From a virus (Duplodnaviria; Heunggongvirae; Uroviricota; Caudoviricetes): a stretch of DNA of 64,000 nt. Both the position numbers and the translations under genes were made by a program. Below are positions 38,040-48,278 of this stretch, piece after piece (the first letter of the stretch is position 1; each line of letters opens with the position of its first letter). Where the stretch lies: IMG/VR virus record IMGVR_UViG_3300044568_003085; one strand, written 5' to 3'. The notes below the pieces were generated by a model. It searched no databases. It was not told the DNA's origin and saw only the letters and a program-made list of their open reading frames with translations.

Positions 38040-38665
38040 TGTTTACCTTCTTTTATTAGATTATTTAACCATTTTTTGTTTGACATTGGAGTATTTTGTA
38101 CAATACAATAAATATCTCTAATAGTCATTTGTGCATAATGATTGTCATCTTTTTCAACATAATTGTCATCAAAAATGTCATTATCAATTTCACCAAACTT
38201 TGGAAGTTCCAAATCTGATTCATTTGATATTTTTGTGTTTAATTCTGGTGCAATGTACTTTAAATCTGTTTCATTCACCTTTTCCAAAGTTGATAGTTTA
38301 AAAGCATAAGAAGGATAAGGAAGTAGTGATCCATCTTTTTTTCTTGTTACCTCAACGTAATCTTGTGGATTTTCTCTCCAATCAAGATTGTTTTTGAATT
38401 TGTAAAGAGTTCTTTTGCCATCTGGATAAGACTTATCATCCCAATCAAATAGTTCGACATAAACATCTTGATTTTTAGAAAGTTGTTCACCATAAAATCT
38501 CAAAGTTTCTACTTGAGTTGGTCCAAATTCATTACTATTGTAACATAATTTTGCAAAAAATAATGGATTTTCAATACCCATTTCGCTAAACAGTGGTTCC
38601 CAATAAACTGCAAACTCTGCAGTCAATTCATTAATGTGTTTTTTCTTTACTGTTGTTGTTGACAT
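38018..38665 (-). CDS. hypothetical protein (215 aa)
   Basis: ORF overlapping the ATPase start by 22 nt. Confidence 0.55.
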   Translation of the reverse strand: MSTTTVKKKHINELTAEFAVYWEPLFSEMGIENPLFFAKLCYNSNEFGPTQVETLRFYGEQLSKNQDVYVELFDWDDKSYPDGKRTLYKFKNNLDWRENPQDYVEVTRKKDGSLLPYPSYAFKLSTLEKVNETDLKYIAPELNTKISNESDLELPKFGEIDNDIFDDNYVEKDDNHYAQMTIRDIYCIVQNTPMSNKKWLNNLIKEGKQWQVQQK

Positions 38666-38706
38666 ACTAATTTAATTTTACATTTTTAATTTTACATTTT
38701 TTACAT

Positions 38707-39705
38707 TTAACTTAAACTACCTAGTATTCGAGTTGTTGGAGTAGGTGCTTCAATAATAGTCATTTTAGCGTATTCTGCTTTATACCATTGAATACCAACT
38801 TCACCAAATCTATTTTTTAATATGTGCATTGCTAATAAAAATTTATCATCAATAACATATTTGTTTGGACCATAAAAACCTAAGTTATATTTTGCTGGTC
38901 GATTGAAAGCAATCATCACATCAGCACACTGGTTCAAAAAGTCGCTTCCATAAACATCAGATTCTGTAGGGTAATGACCTTCGCCTTTACCTGTAGTTTT
39001 CTGCCTCTCAGGATCATCAATTTCTCGATTTAATTGTGTCAATATAATAAATGTAACAGGTAACATATTTTTCATTTCTGTCATCATAATAGCAAGATTT
39101 TGTAATGTTGCTTGCTTATTATTCTCACTACCAGATTGTTTTACTAAAAGAGTATGGTCTAAAGTAATTACAAATGGTTTTTTCATTGTGTTGTAAAAAT
39201 TAAATATTGCACTACGCATCTCATTCACTGTAAGTGCTTTATCAATTATATACTCTTTTCTTGCATGCTGTTTACTTGCATATTCTTTTAACTTATTAAA
39301 GTCAGCACTAGTTAATGGTGGCATACCATCATCCATTGCAGATTGCAAATATCTAATATTTAATCCACTGGTTGCAGATAATTCACGCAACGCCATGTTT
39401 CTTCCTAGCATTTCAAATTGAAAATGCAATACAGCAAAATCCTGTTCAGGATTCAAACGCTGTAATTCTCGTGTTAAAGAGGCAGCAATAAGAGTTTTAC
39501 CAACTCCTGGTCTTGCAGCAATAACGTATAATGATTGCCACTCAATACCATTTAATCCAATTTTATTGAATTGTTTCCATTGAGTTTTTAAAGATTTTAT
39601 ATTTCCACTAGCTCGTGAGTGAATATATTTTAAACCTTCATTCATAACATCACCATACTGTTTCCATTCTATTTTTTTTGGTTCTTCACCAGATGGTTTA
39701 AACAT
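38707..39705 (-). CDS. DnaB-family replicative helicase (C-terminal RecA-like domain)
   Basis: Walker A VIAARPGVGKT, Walker B region FVITLDHTLLV, H3-like ILTQLNREID, and a DnaB-like terminal block SDFLNQCADVMIAFNR. Confidence 0.8.
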   Translation of the reverse strand: MFKPSGEEPKKIEWKQYGDVMNEGLKYIHSRASGNIKSLKTQWKQFNKIGLNGIEWQSLYVIAARPGVGKTLIAASLTRELQRLNPEQDFAVLHFQFEMLGRNMALRELSATSGLNIRYLQSAMDDGMPPLTSADFNKLKEYASKQHARKEYIIDKALTVNEMRSAIFNFYNTMKKPFVITLDHTLLVKQSGSENNKQATLQNLAIMMTEMKNMLPVTFIILTQLNREIDDPERQKTTGKGEGHYPTESDVYGSDFLNQCADVMIAFNRPAKYNLGFYGPNKYVIDDKFLLAMHILKNRFGEVGIQWYKAEYAKMTIIEAPTPTTRILGSLS

Positions 39706-39763
39706 ATGAAGTTTAAGTTAATTGATTACAAATATAATAAACTTTTAAAAGTTAAACAAGTAT

Positions 39764-40501
39764 TTACCAAATAATTTTTGGTTTTTTATCATATACTAAT
39801 GCATTATTTACTTGGTTAAAAATATCATTACAATTCCAATCTTCATCTTGTTTGTATGCTGCAGATGCAGGATGTGAACATTTTAAAATTTGTGTGTTTC
39901 TTAAAATATTATCAATAAGATCTTCATTTTGTTGTGCTTGTTTGCCAATAAGTACCCATACATAATCTTTATCTTTAGAATTAAGCATGTCAATCAGGTA
40001 CTTAATAAAAGGATCCCATATAGGAATATGTTTACCAATTTTGTTAATTTCTGTTGTCAATGATGTATTTAACATTAGTACACCTTGGTTTGACCATCTA
40101 GTTAAATCTGGATCAAATGTAGTTATATCTTTTTTGTCAGAATAAACAGTTTTGTTTACTGCCTTAAATATAAATTTTAATGATGGTTGTTGTTTTTTAG
40201 TATTACCACAAGAAAAAGCAATACCATCAGCTACTCCAATAGTAGGATACGGATCTTGTCCAACCATAATAACTTTTAAAGTATCTAATGGACATTCCAT
40301 AAATGCTCTAAATACTTGTTTTAATGGTGGAGTAAATCTATTACCTTCATCGACACAATTTTCTAATACTCTTATAATATGAAAAAAATCTTCAGATAAT
40401 AAGAAACCTTTTAATATATCATGCCAACCAGATGGTTTAAGCATTTCGTATAACTTTTTTGCATACTCTTCTGGAGTAAGTTTATTTGGTACATTTGACA
40501 T
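39764..40501 (-). CDS. ung: uracil-DNA glycosylase (family 1)
   Basis: VIMVGQDPYPTIGVADGIAFS matches the water-activating loop GQDPY...G(L/I)AFS. The C-terminal SHPASAAY matches the HPSPLS motif. Confidence 0.85.
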   Translation of the reverse strand: MSNVPNKLTPEEYAKKLYEMLKPSGWHDILKGFLLSEDFFHIIRVLENCVDEGNRFTPPLKQVFRAFMECPLDTLKVIMVGQDPYPTIGVADGIAFSCGNTKKQQPSLKFIFKAVNKTVYSDKKDITTFDPDLTRWSNQGVLMLNTSLTTEINKIGKHIPIWDPFIKYLIDMLNSKDKDYVWVLIGKQAQQNEDLIDNILRNTQILKCSHPASAAYKQDEDWNCNDIFNQVNNALVYDKKPKIIW

Positions 40502-40544
40502 TTATATATATATTTGTATATTAATTAATTAAAAATTATTTTTT

Positions 40545-40901
40545 ATGGCAAAGAAAACAAAAGCAGTAGAAGAAGTTACATCTTCTGAAATTAAATTACC
40601 AGACAACATGCAGATAATTAATCCTAATGCAGTTGTTAATGTAAGGATTAGTGCAAGTTTTTTTAATCGACTTGGTATTATTTTTCAAAGAATGATTGAA
40701 GATAAAACACAAGAAGAATTAGCAAATGCGTATCAACAAATAGAAAAAAAGAATATTTCTGAAATGTGGATACAAGATTTAGAAACCATGGTTATTTTAA
40801 TTAACGAGTTTCAAAAAAATGCAAAAGCAGAAAACCAATTGAAAACCATAACAAAAGAAGAATATTCTAAAATGATGGCTGAAAGTCTTGGTGTAAACTA
40901 A
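40545..40901 (+). CDS. hypothetical protein (118 aa), the only rightward gene inside the leftward operon
   Basis: Divergent from ung (43-nt AT-rich gap); overlaps the convergent gene 40898..41275 by 4 nt. Confidence 0.5.
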   Translation: MAKKTKAVEEVTSSEIKLPDNMQIINPNAVVNVRISASFFNRLGIIFQRMIEDKTQEELANAYQQIEKKNISEMWIQDLETMVILINEFQKNAKAENQLKTITKEEYSKMMAESLGVN

Positions 40902-41275
40902 AAGTAATAACCAATAAAATTACCAATTTCTATACAGATTTGTATAGCATCTGATAATTCTTTTTTATTACATTCAGAAAAACTTTTATATTGATGAGAA
41001 GCAGGATTGACAAGTCCTGCTTTTTCTTTTACTGTTTCTTTCATTTCTTCAAATGTAGCACCAGTTTCTCGTGCAAGTTCTCTTATACAAGCATGAACTT
41101 TTGCAAGTTGACCTGAAGTTTTTTCATCTTCGTCAACTATTTTTGTAATATATAATTCAATTACTTCTCCTTCAGATAATTCTTTTCTAAATTCAAAGTA
41201 TTTTGCAGCATCTTCTGTGGTTAATGGTTTAAGTTCACCATCATGTTTACCAAATCTAACTGTTATGTTTTGCAT
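40898..41275 (-). CDS. hypothetical protein (125 aa)
   Basis: ORF, no motif. Confidence 0.55.
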   Translation of the reverse strand: MQNITVRFGKHDGELKPLTTEDAAKYFEFRKELSEGEVIELYITKIVDEDEKTSGQLAKVHACIRELARETGATFEEMKETVKEKAGLVNPASHQYKSFSECNKKELSDAIQICIEIGNFIGYYF

Positions 41276-41825
41276 CTTGATTTTTTATACATTTTAATAA
41301 TACTTTTACTGTTTTTACGTCATCGTCAGAAGGATTTTTTACAACAAAACTATTTAATTTTGTTTTTACACGTTTTAGAACTGCTTGTTGTTTTTCACTA
41401 TATGAACGATATTTATGTACTTTATGATAAAAATCATATTCCCATTTATTAATAACATTTAAATCATAACTTTTTTGAACAATTTTTAATAAATGCTCAT
41501 CAAATATTTGTTTTTCAAGAGTTGTATTTATTAAATCATTTTGACTTTTTAAATATTTTTGGCGTTTCAGTAAAGTTTTTGCTGAACTTGACATACTATG
41601 ATCTTTAAAATGATCAATACATGATGAACCAATTTTTAATTGTTTATTATTAATTTTATTTTGAATAAGAAATACATTTAATATGTCATGTCCACAAGTA
41701 CAATTATCTTCACTTATATAACAATATTTTAATTCCCATTCATCTTTAGCATTTTCCCAAGATTTTGCTTTTGAATTTTTTAAAAGTGTTTCTTTTAATC
41801 TGTTAAAATTAGAAGTTTCTCTCAT
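41256..41825 (-). CDS. hypothetical Cys/His-containing protein (189 aa), with a possible zinc-binding segment (CTCGHD...CIDH)
   Basis: ORF with a C-x-C-x-H ... C-x-x-H pattern. Confidence 0.5.
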   Translation of the reverse strand: MRETSNFNRLKETLLKNSKAKSWENAKDEWELKYCYISEDNCTCGHDILNVFLIQNKINNKQLKIGSSCIDHFKDHSMSSSAKTLLKRQKYLKSQNDLINTTLEKQIFDEHLLKIVQKSYDLNVINKWEYDFYHKVHKYRSYSEKQQAVLKRVKTKLNSFVVKNPSDDDVKTVKVLLKCIKNQDAKHNS

Positions 41826-41841
41826 TATTGTTATTTTTTAA

Positions 41842-42939
41842 TTAAACAATCTTCCAAGTAATTTTTTCTTGATCTAAATCACTTAGTGCGCTAGTTACCC
41901 AATCTACATCTACAGTATTATCATATGCCAAAATATGTATAACTGATTGTTGATCAGGATTTAATCTTAGTAATCTTCCAATTCTTTGACTACTTTTTCT
42001 TTCGTTACCATACGCGTGTAGTATTACACCGTATTTTAAATTTGGTATATTAACACCTTCATTCAATTGTTGAACAGATGCTAAACACATTGATTTACCA
42101 GATTTAAAATCTTCTAGATTTTGTGCACTATCAGGATTTTTAGAATGATAGCTTTTATCACAAACTCGATCAGCTTGTTCAGTAGTATTGCAAAATATTA
42201 TGCATTTATCATTAAGAGTCTCAAGTATATTTTTTACGTGGTTCTCTTTAGTTTTATATTGCATTAATCCTTGCATACGCATGATTCTCATTTTTTGCTT
42301 TGCTGTAATAGAGAACTCTTTATCAATTCTAGATGTCCAGTATTGATAATGATCTCTTTCTGAAGTCATGAATCCTCCACCATTTTTAGTAGAAACCTTA
42401 AATGTTTTATATGATGATAATGGTAATAAATGTACTATAATGCGATAATCATTAAGTATATGATCATCAATAGCATCATCTGTCAAATAAGTATATACTA
42501 TCGGACAATACTTTTGTACCATCTCACCTTTTTCTGAATTCTTATATCTAGGTGGAGTACCAGATAAACCAAGTATTTTACCTGCAAAAAATAATAAATG
42601 CATGTCATGCGAGTTTAACAAGTTATGACATTCATCTAAATAAATACAATCAAAATCTACTCCTTGATTTTTTAAAGATATATAAGTTGAAAACTTAATA
42701 TGAATCAATAAATGTTCAAGTCCAAATTTGTATGCATCATCTTTCCAAGACTCAAAAATTGATAATTTAGGTGCAACAACAAGAAACTTTCTAGCTCCTT
42801 TGTCAAATTCTTTTGACATGTGTTGTAAACCTATAAATGTTTTACCAACACCCATTGATACACCTAAACCACAACGATGAACATTTTCAACAGCATCTAG
42901 TGCTTCTTTTTGAATTTGTTCTCGTTTATTTTGTTTCAT
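41842..42939 (-). CDS. superfamily-2 DNA/RNA helicase (DEAH-like, 365 aa)
   Basis: Motif I GLGVSMGVGKT, motif II YLDECHNL, motif III LSGTPPR, motif VI QRIGRLLR. Confidence 0.75.
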   Translation of the reverse strand: MKQNKREQIQKEALDAVENVHRCGLGVSMGVGKTFIGLQHMSKEFDKGARKFLVVAPKLSIFESWKDDAYKFGLEHLLIHIKFSTYISLKNQGVDFDCIYLDECHNLLNSHDMHLLFFAGKILGLSGTPPRYKNSEKGEMVQKYCPIVYTYLTDDAIDDHILNDYRIIVHLLPLSSYKTFKVSTKNGGGFMTSERDHYQYWTSRIDKEFSITAKQKMRIMRMQGLMQYKTKENHVKNILETLNDKCIIFCNTTEQADRVCDKSYHSKNPDSAQNLEDFKSGKSMCLASVQQLNEGVNIPNLKYGVILHAYGNERKSSQRIGRLLRLNPDQQSVIHILAYDNTVDVDWVTSALSDLDQEKITWKIV

Positions 42940-43210
42940 CTACTTTTTTCTTTTTGTAAGTTCTGTGTTTTGGAAACTGAACTTTAGTAGTTTCAACAAT
43001 TTTTTCTAATTGTTCTTTCTTTGCAAAAAGTTTTTCAAATTCATAATCTTGTTTGTCAACCCATCTAATACCAAGTACAAATAAATTAAACATTCTATGA
43101 AACCAAGATGGTTTTTCTTGCATCCATAAAATTAATCCTTTGCCTTTTATTGCTTCTTCTTGTGTTTTTGTACCAATTACGTAACACCCTGTAAATTTAC
43201 TGTTATCCAT
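42926..43210 (-). CDS. hypothetical protein (94 aa)
   Basis: ORF overlapping the helicase start. Confidence 0.45.
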   Translation of the reverse strand: MDNSKFTGCYVIGTKTQEEAIKGKGLILWMQEKPSWFHRMFNLFVLGIRWVDKQDYEFEKLFAKKEQLEKIVETTKVQFPKHRTYKKKKVDETK

Positions 43211-43211
43211 T

Positions 43212-43616
43212 TTATAATCTATTTGTTGAAAAATTAAGTTCTTTTGCTTTTACTGGATTTAATTCAATCCATGTGTGACATGATCTACATACTGATAACC
43301 ATGTTGTTTTGTCAAGGTAATATAAATTTCTACCTTTTTTATGATGAACATCAGTACTTTGTAAAGTACAATCAGATAATCTTGCTTGACATCCAGAATG
43401 TAAAGATAAGAAATCTTTTCGCATTATTGAATATAACTTATCAAGAGGATCTTGTTTATCTGCTTTTGGTTTTATAGGTTTAGGAAGTTTTTTTGGAAGT
43501 GGAGTCAAGTTTTCCTTTAACCAACATTGTTTGCAATATCTATTGCCATTGTGGTTTTTCCAAATGACTTGTTCAGTTTCACAACTGTCACAAATCTTTT
43601 TCTTTGTTTGAATCAT
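43212..43616 (-). CDS. HNH endonuclease with an N-terminal zinc ribbon (134 aa)
   Basis: N-terminal CDSC...CKQC. The C-terminal region CQARLSDC...HHKKGRN...CRSCHTWIELN has the HNH pattern (C-x-x-C, HH, N, C-x-x-C-H). Confidence 0.6.
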   Translation of the reverse strand: MIQTKKKICDSCETEQVIWKNHNGNRYCKQCWLKENLTPLPKKLPKPIKPKADKQDPLDKLYSIMRKDFLSLHSGCQARLSDCTLQSTDVHHKKGRNLYYLDKTTWLSVCRSCHTWIELNPVKAKELNFSTNRL

Positions 43617-43904
43617 TTATTGTTCTATATTATCGTAATCGATAAAGTCGTCATCAAGCAATTTTTCTTCTGGTAAAATAGTAGTTAAATCTTCTAAATC
43701 TTCTTCAGTAAAATCTTCATCATCAATTGATTCAAATTCATCTGGAGTTGATGGTCCGTGTTTTAAAACACTAAAAATAAAAGGATCATTATACTCTTCA
43801 CCATGATTATATGCAACAAGTCCTTTAAGTTCTTCATCAGACATTCTTAAGTACTGTTCTATTGACATTTCGACACTTTTACCATTTGGTAACTGATATA
43901 TCAT
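43617..43904 (-). CDS. small acidic protein (95 aa)
   Basis: ORF; Asp/Glu-rich C-terminal half. Confidence 0.45.
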   Translation of the reverse strand: MIYQLPNGKSVEMSIEQYLRMSDEELKGLVAYNHGEEYNDPFIFSVLKHGPSTPDEFESIDDEDFTEEDLEDLTTILPEEKLLDDDFIDYDNIEQ

Positions 43905-43999
43905 TATATTATTTTTTAAATATAGTACTAAAGTAATACATATTTTTGCAGCATAATGACTAAACTAATTAACAATGATAAATATTTTCTACTATAACG

Positions 44000-44380
44000 C
44001 TATAATTCAGCGTCATCTGCAAAGTTTTTTATAAAATGTGTAAAAGAACTTATTTTTCCATGAATAAGTTGTTTATCATGGTATGATGAAATATTAATTG
44101 TTTGATGAACTGTGTCAATTGAAACTAATATATTTACATCTCTATAAAGTTGAGTTCCAATACCATAACCTAGATCACTATCCCATTCATCAAATGGTAT
44201 CATTTTGCAAAAAATCATTCGTGCAAGGTAATCAGGATCATCCCATCTTAACTTTTTACTAAGTACTTGGTGCATAATATTAATCAAATCTTTACTATTG
44301 TAATGCGTATATAAATACACTCTTCCATAAGGACCGATGATTTCTACTTGTCCACTATTTAAATTTGTCTCCATACGCAA
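44000..44380 (-). CDS. hypothetical protein (126 aa)
   Basis: ORF preceded by a 137-nt AT-rich gap. Confidence 0.55.
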   Translation of the reverse strand: MRMETNLNSGQVEIIGPYGRVYLYTHYNSKDLINIMHQVLSKKLRWDDPDYLARMIFCKMIPFDEWDSDLGYGIGTQLYRDVNILVSIDTVHQTINISSYHDKQLIHGKISSFTHFIKNFADDAEL

Positions 44381-44517
44381 TTTTTAATCCAATTTTAAAC
44401 CAAAAAATATGAATATAAAACATATGATTAAACTTTGAAACAATTGATTCTTTTTTGATAAAGATGCCTAAACCAAATTCTCTATTATTTATTCTAAAAA
44501 CACGTTCAAATTTCATA

Positions 44518-44934
44518 TTATTTTGTTGTTGAACCAAAACCACCTTCACCTCTTTCAGTAGATGACAATTCATCAACTTCTTCAAAAGTTACTTGTGGAT
44601 AAGGTAGTATTACTAATTGACCAATTTTATCACCAATCTGATATACATTTTCTCCAGCATATCCAAATTTAAATAATATTTCTCCTCTGTAACCACTATC
44701 AATTACACCAACACTATTGCGTAAATGTAAATCATATTTTGAAATACTACTTCTAGGAAATACTAATCCTACAAATCCTTCTGGAATTTCAACTGCTAAT
44801 CCTGTACTATATACAATATTATCAAATTCATCAAATTCATAATTGATACATGTAATATCCATACCAGCATCTCCTGGTTTAGCGTAAGAAGGAACTATTG
44901 CATCTTTGTGCAATTTTTTAATTTTAACTTGCAT
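44518..44934 (-). CDS. dut: dUTP pyrophosphatase (dUTPase)
   Basis: All five homotrimeric dUTPase motifs are present: AGMDI (motif I), PRSS (II), GVIDSGYRGEI (III), GDKIGQLVI (IV), RGEGGFGSTTK (V). Confidence 0.9.
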   Translation of the reverse strand: MQVKIKKLHKDAIVPSYAKPGDAGMDITCINYEFDEFDNIVYSTGLAVEIPEGFVGLVFPRSSISKYDLHLRNSVGVIDSGYRGEILFKFGYAGENVYQIGDKIGQLVILPYPQVTFEEVDELSSTERGEGGFGSTTK

Positions 44935-45175
44935 AATTGTTATTATTGTGATTATTAATTGTAGTTTCCCAAGTAAATGTAAATGATAACATCCATATTA
45001 AAACTTGAAATGTGTGTTCTGTTATATTTTCTTCAGGATAATCATCTGCATTGTATAATACACCGATCATAATTCCTTTAATAATAGTAAAATAAAACAT
45101 ATAATTACCCCATGCTGCAAATAAAATAAATGCAAAAAGAAGTATTATTACGAGTATAATTGTAATTGTCATCAT
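44924..45175 (-). CDS. small membrane protein (83 aa, two predicted TM helices)
   Basis: Hydrophobic stretches ITIILVIILLFAFILFAAW and IIKGIMIGVLY. Confidence 0.45.
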   Translation of the reverse strand: MMTITIILVIILLFAFILFAAWGNYMFYFTIIKGIMIGVLYNADDYPEENITEHTFQVLIWMLSFTFTWETTINNHNNNNYAS

Positions 45176-45197
45176 AAGATTTTTTTTACAATATTAC

Positions 45198-45244
45198 TCA
45201 ATAAAATAATACAAACCAAGAACTGTCATAAATTCTTGGTTTGT
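45198..45244 (-). terminator. intrinsic terminator on the - strand: 11-bp stem CAAACCAAGAA / TTCTTGGTTTG, 10-nt loop, then an A/T-rich tail
   Basis: Perfect 11-bp inverted repeat at 45212-45222 / 45233-45243. The - strand continues ATTATTTTATTGAG, between 45259..45513 and 44924..45175. Confidence 0.5.
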
Positions 45245-45258
45245 AAAATTTAAATTAT

Positions 45259-45513
45259 TTAATCATAAACAAAAGAAACTGTTTGATTAAAGGGGTTAAA
45301 CTCTACTTGGTTAAACTTGTAATAGTTACCTGCTGGAAGTTTAATAATATCATGTTCTTCATGAGTAATAGTAGCATCTTTTGCAACATTGAATTTAATA
45401 ACACTATTTTCCAAGTGTTCATAAACCATTTGTTTGTCTGAAACTACTGCGTGAGTATTAGCAAAGTCACCTGTTGCCAATACAATTCTGTTTGATTTTA
45501 ATTCTTTTGACAT
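45259..45513 (-). CDS. hypothetical protein (84 aa)
   Basis: ORF. Confidence 0.5.
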   Translation of the reverse strand: MSKELKSNRIVLATGDFANTHAVVSDKQMVYEHLENSVIKFNVAKDATITHEEHDIIKLPAGNYYKFNQVEFNPFNQTVSFVYD

Positions 45514-46211
45514 TACGTTTGAGATTTAATTAATGAGCTGTATATTGCATAATCTAAATGATAAGGTGTACATACTTCTGAATCAGCATTTGCTTCTACA
45601 ATAAATATATCACCTTGTCGATAAATTGCTTTTGGATTTGTAATACCAATTCTACATGTCCAAGCAATTGCTTCTAATGCAGATTCTTTTAATGCAATTT
45701 CTGTTGGCACATACAACCAATAATTTCTACCTGTTGTAGTACAAGAACATTTAACAGCATAAACACTACTGTTATTACGTTGCCATTCACTAATAGTACT
45801 ACCAAATAATTCAGTACCGTTAATTTTATACAACGTGTATTTATCAACACCTGTTTGAAGATACGGTGTACCATCTTTTTCCCAACGTTGATTGTTTAAT
45901 ACGACTTCCTTCATATCAATTAATTCAGGATCTGCTTGTTTAAACACTTCATCTACTCCAATAACGTCAAAATACAATCTGCGTTTTTCTACATTATCTT
46001 GTTCAAATGCTTCAGATGCTGTAATTGGTTCAACATCAGACCACACAGTTGACACATAATCTCCAAATTCTTCAAGTGATTCATAAATAATCACATTTTT
46101 GAGAAATTCTTTAAATGTAGAATAACTGGTTTTCCATAATCTAAGTGCCTCATCTAATGAAACACCTCTTACATTCCTCACTGTGAATGTATATTTTTTA
46201 AATTTATTCAT
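45513..46211 (-). CDS. hypothetical protein (232 aa)
   Basis: ORF. The antisense ORF 45689..45874 is likely spurious. Confidence 0.6.
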   Translation of the reverse strand: MNKFKKYTFTVRNVRGVSLDEALRLWKTSYSTFKEFLKNVIIYESLEEFGDYVSTVWSDVEPITASEAFEQDNVEKRRLYFDVIGVDEVFKQADPELIDMKEVVLNNQRWEKDGTPYLQTGVDKYTLYKINGTELFGSTISEWQRNNSSVYAVKCSCTTTGRNYWLYVPTEIALKESALEAIAWTCRIGITNPKAIYRQGDIFIVEANADSEVCTPYHLDYAIYSSLIKSQT

Positions 46212-46884
46212 TGTTTTCGTTTTCTAATCGTTCTTGTAAATCTATGCATATGTCATTTTCTGAAGTTTCATATGTTGAATATTCAATTAATTCAATTTTA
46301 AAAATAATACTATCATTGACAGTTTTCATTTCAAGTCTTTCAACAAGTTTATGTTCATTGAAATAATTTACATCAATTTTACTGAATGCGTCAGTCATCT
46401 TAGATTTTATATGTTCAGACATTTCTTCTTCTAATACACGTAATTCTGGAGTTATAAATCCATTTACAATGTTAAAAGAAACATCAACAGTAAAATCATC
46501 TTCAAAATTACCACTAATCTGGTATTCTATACTGTCAAATCCAAATGCTTTTGGAATAAACATCTCAATTGGTTCTTTTAAAGTCATTGTACCCCAATCA
46601 TCTTCTGAATAATAATCAACACCATCAAAACATTTTGTTACTGTATTATATTCAGCTCTACCATTTGCAGAGAATTCACCTGCCCAAGAACCATAATCAA
46701 GTTCTGTGTACATCATGTCTACTAAAGCAGATATTTCTTCTCCATCAGCACTTTCACCGTCTAATTCAAAGAATACCCATCCAGAGTCTCCTCCACCTTC
46801 CCAGCAAAGTTCAAGTAATTTTCCTTCTTCAACTTGTTTGTCACACCATGCAATAATATCTTGTATACTAATAATTTCACTCAT
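46204..46884 (-). CDS. hypothetical acidic protein (226 aa)
   Basis: ORF. The + strand ORFs 46569..46856 and 46706..46894 are antisense shadows. Confidence 0.6.
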   Translation of the reverse strand: MSEIISIQDIIAWCDKQVEEGKLLELCWEGGGDSGWVFFELDGESADGEEISALVDMMYTELDYGSWAGEFSANGRAEYNTVTKCFDGVDYYSEDDWGTMTLKEPIEMFIPKAFGFDSIEYQISGNFEDDFTVDVSFNIVNGFITPELRVLEEEMSEHIKSKMTDAFSKIDVNYFNEHKLVERLEMKTVNDSIIFKIELIEYSTYETSENDICIDLQERLENENNE

Positions 46885-47287
46885 GATTTTCTAAATTTAC
46901 TGTTTCTTTTTTAAATACATAATCTGATTTTTCATCTTGTATTGCTTTCAATACTTTACGACCCTCACCTGGTTTATACATCCAGTTTACTTGAGTCATG
47001 TTGTCAAGGTAATCTTTGATAGTTGGAATAAATCCAATATCTTCTATAACGTGTTGTTCACCAATTGCTCTAACAGGAACCATTTTTCCTTCTGAATTGA
47101 TAATATACGTACCAAACTTTTCTTCGCACCAGAATATACCTTCTGAGTGATGTCTTAGTGCTCTATGACGCATGTCTGGATAGTGCATTTTTGTTTCGTC
47201 AAACCAATTATGTATAGCGAGGTAGTCATCAACATGACCACCCCACTTCTTTTTACTACTAATACTATGATGCAATGGATGTGACAT
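46877..47287 (-). CDS. hypothetical protein (136 aa)
   Basis: ORF. Confidence 0.55.
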   Translation of the reverse strand: MSHPLHHSISSKKKWGGHVDDYLAIHNWFDETKMHYPDMRHRALRHHSEGIFWCEEKFGTYIINSEGKMVPVRAIGEQHVIEDIGFIPTIKDYLDNMTQVNWMYKPGEGRKVLKAIQDEKSDYVFKKETVNLENHE

Positions 47288-47289
47288 AA

Positions 47290-47481
47290 TTAAAGTATTT
47301 TAAATTCATCAATTTCTGGCACTAAACTCAATGTGCTGCCAGTTTCCCAGTTCACATGAATTTGTCCAATACCATCAATTGATTTGATAACACCTTTTGT
47401 ACCAGGTTCTGGTGATTGTGTGTCATCCATGTAAATTAATTCAACAGTTTTACCAATGATATCATTATTATATTTCTCCAT
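47290..47481 (-). CDS. hypothetical protein (63 aa)
   Basis: Short ORF tightly packed between neighbours. Confidence 0.4.
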   Translation of the reverse strand: MEKYNNDIIGKTVELIYMDDTQSPEPGTKGVIKSIDGIGQIHVNWETGSTLSLVPEIDEFKIL

Positions 47482-48079
47482 TTTGTTTCATTTTAAAATA
47501 TTCTTCAAATATATTTGTAAATCTACCTTCCATTTTACTAACATTTTCATTACCAAATGGATGTGGTTTTAATGAAATTGCATCAATTAATTCACCAACA
47601 TCATTTGCAATTTTACCTTCTCGAACCATCTCATGTACATCCATAACAGATTCATTCTGAGATTCATACGTTGAAATTAAACATTCAATTTTAGGTAATT
47701 TTTTCCAATTTTTTGGAAGTTCTTTTACACCTTCTGGTGCTTTACGTAACCATGCTTCTGATGACCAAGAAAAACATATTGGTTCTTGTCCTTCTTTTAC
47801 CAAGTGAGCAAATAATGATGGAATTTGTTGTGCTAATTTGTCTTTAGAATTATCATCTTCAAGAAATTCATTTGGAACAGGTATTGCTAAAACATTATGT
47901 TCACCATCTTTGTTTTTTGCAAGAACTGTTATCATTGGTCCTAAACCACCTTCTTTACTTAACAAATACAACATTAATTCTGTATTTGCTTTTTTAAATT
48001 GTTTAATATGTTCCTCGTTGCTCATAACTAATAAAATTTTGAATTTTGATATTTGAATTAAAAAAATCTTGTGTGACAT
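47468..48079 (-). CDS. hypothetical protein (203 aa; the real start may be the internal Met at about nt 48025)
   Basis: ORF. Using the Met at codon 19 would remove most of the overlap with 48003..48278. Confidence 0.55.
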   Translation of the reverse strand: MSHKIFLIQISKFKILLVMSNEEHIKQFKKANTELMLYLLSKEGGLGPMITVLAKNKDGEHNVLAIPVPNEFLEDDNSKDKLAQQIPSLFAHLVKEGQEPICFSWSSEAWLRKAPEGVKELPKNWKKLPKIECLISTYESQNESVMDVHEMVREGKIANDVGELIDAISLKPHPFGNENVSKMEGRFTNIFEEYFKMKQNGEI

Positions 48080-48278
48080 GTTTTTTTACATGTTCTGCAT
48101 CATCATTATTGATGAGGATTTTGCCATTTTCTTTTACGTATTCTACCAGTTTTTTACCTGGTTTTATTATACCCCTGTCAACATTGTATCTTAATGCAGA
48201 TTCAAAGTATCTTTGAGTAATTGAAGTAGGTTTTCTACTTAATCTAGTTTGTCGAATTCTTTTACGCATTGAAATCAA
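48003..48278 (-). CDS. hypothetical basic protein (91 aa)
   Basis: ORF. Confidence 0.45.
   Translation of the reverse strand: MISMRKRIRQTRLSRKPTSITQRYFESALRYNVDRGIIKPGKKLVEYVKENGKILINNDDAEHVKKHVTQDFFNSNIKIQNFISYEQRGTY

Noticed and set aside
44355-44585. 76-aa ORF overlapping the dUTPase 3' end
   Set aside because: It overlaps dut (44518..44934) by 68 nt in another frame. The rest lies in an AT-rich promoter-like gap. The dut call is motif-supported; this one is not.
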